Part shown: one piece after another, positions 59,019 through 64,000 of the stretch
How positions within the stretch are numbered: position 1 is the stretch's first letter
How the letters are laid out: the number at the start of each line of letters is the position of its first letter
Source: a virus
DNA: 64,000 nucleotides
Reading direction: 5' to 3' (one strand)
Virus record (IMG/VR): IMGVR_UViG_3300020183_000010
Notes under the pieces: generated by a model
The model's input: only the letters and a program-made list of their open reading frames with translations
The model's database searches: none
Told to the model about the DNA's origin: nothing
Made by a program: the position numbers and the translations under genes

Positions 59019-60809
59019 CTAGATGATAGCAGTAGCAGTTCCAGTGTTAACGTGGAAGCAGAAATACATTGTTTCTGGGTGGTGACCAGCCTCAACTAAA
59101 GAGTAACGAGATTTAACCGCGATTTTAGGAGACATAGTACCCTCAGAGATAGTCTGAATTGACTCAGCCATCATGTAAGGCATGAACTTCATACCTGGCT
59201 CATCATCAGCACCTTTTCTACCAACTAATACTCTAGTGTCACCGAATGACATGTTTTGATCAACATATACTGTCATACCAGCAAGTGAACCTACAGGGTA
59301 TAAAGTACCGTTGTTTTGAGTAAGTGTGTTAGTAAACGGAGCGAATGTAAACTGACTGATGTCTTGTAAAGCAGACGCGATTTGAGAGTTAGTAACGATG
59401 AAGTTAGCAGGACCTCTACGACCTCTGTTAGCAACTACGTTAGCAGCAGCTAAGATACGAGAGTAAAGTCTTCTTTGAACTGTTGATAAGTTCTCAAAAG
59501 TACCTGAAGCAGGACCAGCAACTGCACCTGGTTTAGAACCACCTGTAACAGCAGTACCTTGTTTACCGATGTATTCAGGAACTGTATAAGTAGCAGCACC
59601 ACCAATTACTAAGTTTAAGTTAAGGTTAGTACCTTCTGTTACTAAGAACTGAGAGTGGTTAGACCATCCAAGAGCGTATGCTCTAGATAAGATGTGCTTG
59701 TTAATAGCTTGAGAAACCTCGTTAACAAGTGCGTTCTCGATCATAGAAACTACGTCGATACCGAACTGCTTGTTAAGGTCTTGGATTTGCTCAGTAGTAA
59801 CAGAAGCAGCAACTTGGAAAGTACCAGCTTCTACGAACTTAGTGAAAGTAGAAAGACCTAATGACTTATAGTAACTAGTCTCACCTACTCCTCTTAACAT
59901 AGGATCGTAGTTTTTAGTACCGTCTACGTATGGACCTTGAAAATCGTTAGTGTTGTTAGGACCAGCTCCAGAGAAACCTTGGATATGATCTTCTAACGTT
60001 TTAACTAATACAGCTGAACCAGCAGTAGAAGCAGCAGGAGTAGCTGAAGTTACAGTAACGATGTTAGTTGCAGAAGCAAAAGTAGCGTTAAAGATATCAG
60101 CTGTACCAGCAGCAGGAATTGCATCAGAAACTGATTTACCTTTGGTGATACCCATTACTCTAAAGATTGGGAAACCATCGATACGTGAGTTACCGATAAA
60201 TTCTGCATAAATAACTGAAGTTGCTGTAGAGTCTAAGTCATAAGTTATAGCACTTAAAGCAACACCAATTGCATAAACATTACCTACTGTAAGACCAGTT
60301 GCTGGAGAAGCAATAGCCGTAGGAATTTTTACCATGTCTGGTGTGTTAGCAGTGTAAGTAGTGGTAGAATCTTGAGATGTACCAGCTAATGTACCACCTG
60401 CATATACGTAGTCTAAGTAAGATAATACTCCTGTAGGACCAGCCATAGGGATAACAGGAACGATGTCAAAACCAACGGTTTTAGCAGCTACCTGAATAGC
60501 CAATGGAAGTAATGATGGGAATTTATCACCAGAACCAACGTATGGACGACCAGCGTCATAAGTGTTGTTGTAGTAGAAACCAGCAGGACCCGCACCAGCT
60601 GCACCACCTTGGTAGTTACCAGCAGGAAGTACGTTACCCATACCGTTTAATACGCCTAGAGAGTTATAAGCTCCGGCAGATTCGTTTAATGAATGGAAGT
60701 GGCAATATTTAGATAACCACTCTACCTTTGAACGATCCGTCATACCGGTCTTACTCTCGATAATTGGAGACCATGTTTCGTAGATCTCGTTTTCGTTTAA
60801 GAGTTGCAT
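59019..60809 (-). CDS. Major capsid protein, T4 gp23-like
   Basis: DIVPVIPMAGPTG, TEQIQDL, NEVSQAINKHIL, RRGPANFIV, GSLAGMTVYVD, FMPY, PKIAVKSRY; codon usage shifted toward C-ending codons as in highly expressed genes. Confidence 0.93.
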   Translation of the reverse strand: MQLLNENEIYETWSPIIESKTGMTDRSKVEWLSKYCHFHSLNESAGAYNSLGVLNGMGNVLPAGNYQGGAAGAGPAGFYYNNTYDAGRPYVGSGDKFPSLLPLAIQVAAKTVGFDIVPVIPMAGPTGVLSYLDYVYAGGTLAGTSQDSTTTYTANTPDMVKIPTAIASPATGLTVGNVYAIGVALSAITYDLDSTATSVIYAEFIGNSRIDGFPIFRVMGITKGKSVSDAIPAAGTADIFNATFASATNIVTVTSATPAASTAGSAVLVKTLEDHIQGFSGAGPNNTNDFQGPYVDGTKNYDPMLRGVGETSYYKSLGLSTFTKFVEAGTFQVAASVTTEQIQDLNKQFGIDVVSMIENALVNEVSQAINKHILSRAYALGWSNHSQFLVTEGTNLNLNLVIGGAATYTVPEYIGKQGTAVTGGSKPGAVAGPASGTFENLSTVQRRLYSRILAAANVVANRGRRGPANFIVTNSQIASALQDISQFTFAPFTNTLTQNNGTLYPVGSLAGMTVYVDQNMSFGDTRVLVGRKGADDEPGMKFMPYMMAESIQTISEGTMSPKIAVKSRYSLVEAGHHPETMYFCFHVNTGTATAII

Positions 60810-60818
60810 TTTGTTAGA

Positions 60819-62912
60819 TTATTTTTTAAATCTTTTTTCTAACTCTGCCGCTATATTCTGCATGTAAGAATTACTTACTCCATTATTAGCATTAGGGTTA
60901 GTGTTTTGAGATTCGTTTAAGAATTCAGTTGATGATTCTGGTTTTACAGAAGCCATTCCTCTAGTTCTCCAGAAGTGATTGATCTGATAAGGAGTGTCTA
61001 ATCTGTAGAATTTGCTTTGAGCAACAATAGATGCTCTTTGCGATTCGTTTAGACCTTCCCAAGTAGGAATCAAATCAGTAGGAATCATATCAAGGAATTT
61101 CTCTCCAGATTCAACTTGTTCAGTTAAAGCGGATCCCATAATTTGAACTACATCCGTACCCGAATTATAGTTCTGCTCATTAAGAGCCTTAACGACCTTT
61201 TGTTTTTCGGCCTCGTTCAAGGATAAAAATCCTTTCTTAGTTCTGTCATCGACAAGTTTTAAGAAAGAGAATTTATTTTCGTTTATAATCTCGTCTGTTT
61301 TAGCAGTGCTAACAGATTCGATAAGTTTATCAACTTTAGAAGAAAGATCTGTATAATCTCCAGAGAAACCTGAAGTTCTTTTTCCTTCATTAATAGATTC
61401 GTTTACGTTTTGTGCAAGATTTTTTCTTGTGTTTCCTCCTCTATTAATAGACTCTGCTAAATATTCAGTATAGTCAATTCCGGATTTAACTTTTTCAGCA
61501 ATGTAATCTGAATAGTTAATGTTACCGTTTAATTTTTCCCCTAAATAATCAGAGTAAGAAATATTTTGATCTAATTTTTCTCCTAAGTAATCAGAATATG
61601 TAATGCTCTTATCTAAGTTTTCAGCTAGATAATCAGAGTAAGAAATATTCTTGTCTAAGTTCTCAGCTAAATATTCAGAGTAAGAAATATTCTTGTCTAA
61701 GTTCTCAGCTAAATATTCAGAGTAAGAAATATTTTTGTCTAGGTTTTCTCCCAGATATTCAGAGTAAGAAATATTCTTGTCTAAGTTCTCAGCTAAATAT
61801 TCAGAGTAAGAAATGTTTCTATCTAAATTCTCAGCTAGGTATTTGCTATAAGCTATATTGTTATCAAGATTTTCTGCGATATATTCAGAGTAAGAAATAT
61901 TTCCGTCAACGTGCTCAGCTAAATATTTAGCATAAGTAATAGCATTGTCTAAATTTTCAGCTAGATATTTGTTGTAAGAAATAGATCCTTCTAAATTTTC
62001 AGCTAAATAATCTCCGTATTTAATAGCAGATTCTAAATTTTCAGCTAAGTATTCTGAATATTTTTCTAATCTTTGGATTCTTTCTTCTAAACCTGAATCA
62101 TCAGAATTAGATGATAAATTAAAATTAGAAGATCCTCTAGAAATAGATTTCATTTCATTTTTCAATGAATCCATCTCTCTCTTAAGAATCAATGAATATT
62201 CGTTTAGCTCCTCTGCAGTGACAAAGTTATTGTCCATGTTTCTTGAATTATTTATGTTTTCTTTTAAAAGCCTAGAGATTTTCTCCGTGTCTTTTATTCT
62301 ATATATCTGAGTGTTAGAATTTTTTCTAAGCCCAAAACTTTCATTTATGTTAGTTAATGAATAAATAATTGAATCTTTTACTGATTCCGAAGGTAGATGA
62401 GATCCTAAACTTTCATAAACTCTCTCTAATTGAGCATTTTCGAATCCAGGATCAGCAACTAAGTCATATGTAAATATTTTCTTAATTTCTACTTTTTTAT
62501 TCTCTTTAACATTACCAGCTGCTCTAGATGATATAGAAACAGGAATACCTGCATCGATCAAGCTCTTAGCTATTTTACCTGCTGGTGTATCTAGAAGCTT
62601 AACCTTGATTTTTACGTTTCTGTTTCCTTTATCATAAGAAAGATCTGTAATAACGTGTGATATGTTTTTAAGAGAAACATCAAACTCTTTAGGGTGATCT
62701 AATTCACCAACTAAACGATTCTGATCTATTTTCTTTTTAAGATAATCTAAGTGAGGAAGATATTCATTTTCCTCATAGATTCTGTGATTAGAGTTTTCAA
62801 CTCCAAATACAGCAGCGATCCCTTCAAGAAAATAATCACCACCTTCTTTTTTAGTAGTAAGGTTGTGAGACGATTTCTCTAATATCAGTACGTAATCTAG
62901 GTTATTTTCCAT
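60819..62912 (-). CDS. Prohead protease (T4 gp21-like) fused to a repeat-containing scaffold/core domain
   Basis: NHRIY, GELDHP, SHVI, LDTPAGKI, SISSRAAG, TYDLVADPGF; followed by 15 x 14-aa repeats. Confidence 0.9.
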   Translation of the reverse strand: MENNLDYVLILEKSSHNLTTKKEGGDYFLEGIAAVFGVENSNHRIYEENEYLPHLDYLKKKIDQNRLVGELDHPKEFDVSLKNISHVITDLSYDKGNRNVKIKVKLLDTPAGKIAKSLIDAGIPVSISSRAAGNVKENKKVEIKKIFTYDLVADPGFENAQLERVYESLGSHLPSESVKDSIIYSLTNINESFGLRKNSNTQIYRIKDTEKISRLLKENINNSRNMDNNFVTAEELNEYSLILKREMDSLKNEMKSISRGSSNFNLSSNSDDSGLEERIQRLEKYSEYLAENLESAIKYGDYLAENLEGSISYNKYLAENLDNAITYAKYLAEHVDGNISYSEYIAENLDNNIAYSKYLAENLDRNISYSEYLAENLDKNISYSEYLGENLDKNISYSEYLAENLDKNISYSEYLAENLDKNISYSDYLAENLDKSITYSDYLGEKLDQNISYSDYLGEKLNGNINYSDYIAEKVKSGIDYTEYLAESINRGGNTRKNLAQNVNESINEGKRTSGFSGDYTDLSSKVDKLIESVSTAKTDEIINENKFSFLKLVDDRTKKGFLSLNEAEKQKVVKALNEQNYNSGTDVVQIMGSALTEQVESGEKFLDMIPTDLIPTWEGLNESQRASIVAQSKFYRLDTPYQINHFWRTRGMASVKPESSTEFLNESQNTNPNANNGVSNSYMQNIAAELEKRFKK
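61452..62060 (-). repeat. 42-bp (14-aa) coding tandem repeat, 15 units, consensus YSEYLAENLDKNIS
   Basis: First Tyr codons of unit 1 (62060) and unit 15 (61472) are 588 = 14 x 42 nt apart. Confidence 0.92.
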
Positions 62913-62923
62913 TTTTGTTTTTT

Positions 62924-62931
62924 TATATATC
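62924..62931 (-). promoter_or_regulatory. GATATATA putative late promoter for the protease-capsid operon
   Basis: 11 nt upstream of ATG 62912. Confidence 0.7.
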
Positions 62932-62934
62932 TAA

Positions 62935-63999
62935 TTATGCTTCGGATTCTTCGCCACCCTCAGATCCTGCATTTGAATTTATTTCATCAGCTACACCATC
63001 TGTTATTTCTTCCATAGCTGATGAAAGCATTTCTAAATCTTCTTCTGTTATATTTTTAAGATTTTCAGAAAGCTTAGCTTCGTTAGAATTTAATTTACCC
63101 GTTGCTGCCACGGAAGCATCTTTAGCATCTTCGAATTCTATAGCCATACCGTTAGTAGGATTTTTAGTTTTAAATGATTTAGGGAATCCTGGAATAGTAT
63201 CCATATCAGTAACCATATCTTTAAAGAATCCTCCAATTCCACCGGAAGTAATAGAAGCTATATCTCCTTCTAGACTTCCTCCATCAAATGAAGCATATTG
63301 TCTTTTAACTAAGTTCCAAACTGAAACTGCTTTACCGTCTCCAGTATCTGTAAATGTTCCTCTACAAAGAATAAGCGTAGAGAATATAGCTAGCATGTCT
63401 TGAGATGAAACCGTACCACCTAAGCTGTTATATAAACCTCTAGCCATAGCTCTAACTGCTACGTCTTCTATAAATCCGTTGTATACCATTATCGTTACAG
63501 GTTTTCTGTCGTCACCTATCCATTTAGCTACAGATGCACCTCCTATTGCTCCTGTTACTACGGTTAGCGTTCCTGCTCCTATCGCACTCACTGCCCCCGC
63601 TCCAATTACTGCGGTAGCTCCTGTTCCAACTGCTCCAACTGCAGCAGCTACTCCAGGTATTGCTATTCCTCCTGATCCCACAGCAGCAACTACTCCACCA
63701 ACAATAACTCCTGTTACTAAAGCTCCTTTACCTATATCTCCCCACCAGTCTGCCCAACTTTCATCGTAGTAAATAGTATATGCTCCGTCAACAACAGGTT
63801 TTAAACCTTTCCATTTTATCTGTTCTCCTGTTCCGCCTGTTTCTCCTGTGCCTCCAGTACCTCCTGTGCCTCCAGTACCTCCTGTTGCTCCGACACAATC
63901 TAATACTTTACCTTGCTCTAAAGATTTCTTAACACAGTTGTCTACAATTTTCTTTTGTGCAGGTGCAGGTGCAGGTGCAGGAGCTGCAGTACCACCAGT
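62935..63999 (-). CDS. C-terminal part of a protein entering from beyond the window; PA and TGG linkers, glycine-zipper hydrophobic region, annexin-like repeat
   Basis: Frame read manually stays open from 63999 (TGGTAAPAPAPAQKK...) through the ORF-track start at 63681. Confidence 0.7.
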   Translation of the reverse strand, partial: TGGTAAPAPAPAPAQKKIVDNCVKKSLEQGKVLDCVGATGGTGGTGGTGGTGETGGTGEQIKWKGLKPVVDGAYTIYYDESWADWWGDIGKGALVTGVIVGGVVAAVGSGGIAIPGVAAAVGAVGTGATAVIGAGAVSAIGAGTLTVVTGAIGGASVAKWIGDDRKPVTIMVYNGFIEDVAVRAMARGLYNSLGGTVSSQDMLAIFSTLILCRGTFTDTGDGKAVSVWNLVKRQYASFDGGSLEGDIASITSGGIGGFFKDMVTDMDTIPGFPKSFKTKNPTNGMAIEFEDAKDASVAATGKLNSNEAKLSENLKNITEEDLEMLSSAMEEITDGVADEINSNAGSEGGEESEA

Positions 64000-64000
64000 A

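Noticed and set aside
61452-62060. 42-bp periodic repeat as a possible CRISPR array
   Set aside because: Units are contiguous with no unique spacers, in frame, and vary mainly at synonymous or conservative positions
1699-63769. Numerous short opposite-strand ORFs in the track (e.g. 21515..22087, 49050..49508, 55801..56187, 62915..63403)
   Set aside because: Antisense shadows fully inside long, motif-bearing genes
1-64000. Stop-codon reassignment (alternative genetic code) as in some jumbo phages
   Set aside because: Standard code gives intact full-length conserved genes and near-complete coding density; TAG and TGA act as true gene ends

Overview
AT-rich, densely coding segment of a large T4-like (myovirus-type) jumbo-phage genome, most likely infecting a Bacteroidota host (inferred from SD-less A-rich leaders and host-type beta-propeller modules). 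From right to left: a fused prohead protease/scaffold and the gp23-like major capsid protein; about 11 kb of genes whose products share a T4-like capsid-targeting/cleavage motif, interspersed with a poly-acidic protein, a RimK-RimB-type ligase/protease fusion, an AsnB-like amidotransferase and a P-loop kinase; an approximately 11.8 kb glycan-biosynthesis island (KdsA, KdsD, Gmd, Fcl, GT10 fucosyltransferase, pyruvyl transferase, several DxD glycosyltransferases and methyltransferases); a baseplate/neck module (gp53-, gp5-, gp13-, gp25-, gp6-like) interrupted by a ribosomal protein S1 homologue and an amidoligase; phoH, a TIGR02594-type peptidase and further structural genes. Two recurring upstream motifs look like phage promoter classes: GATATATA (late-like) and GAAA-N18/19-TAHAA (middle-like). 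No tRNA, rRNA, CRISPR array or mobile element was recognised. All family calls come from motif recognition by eye; no database searches were run.
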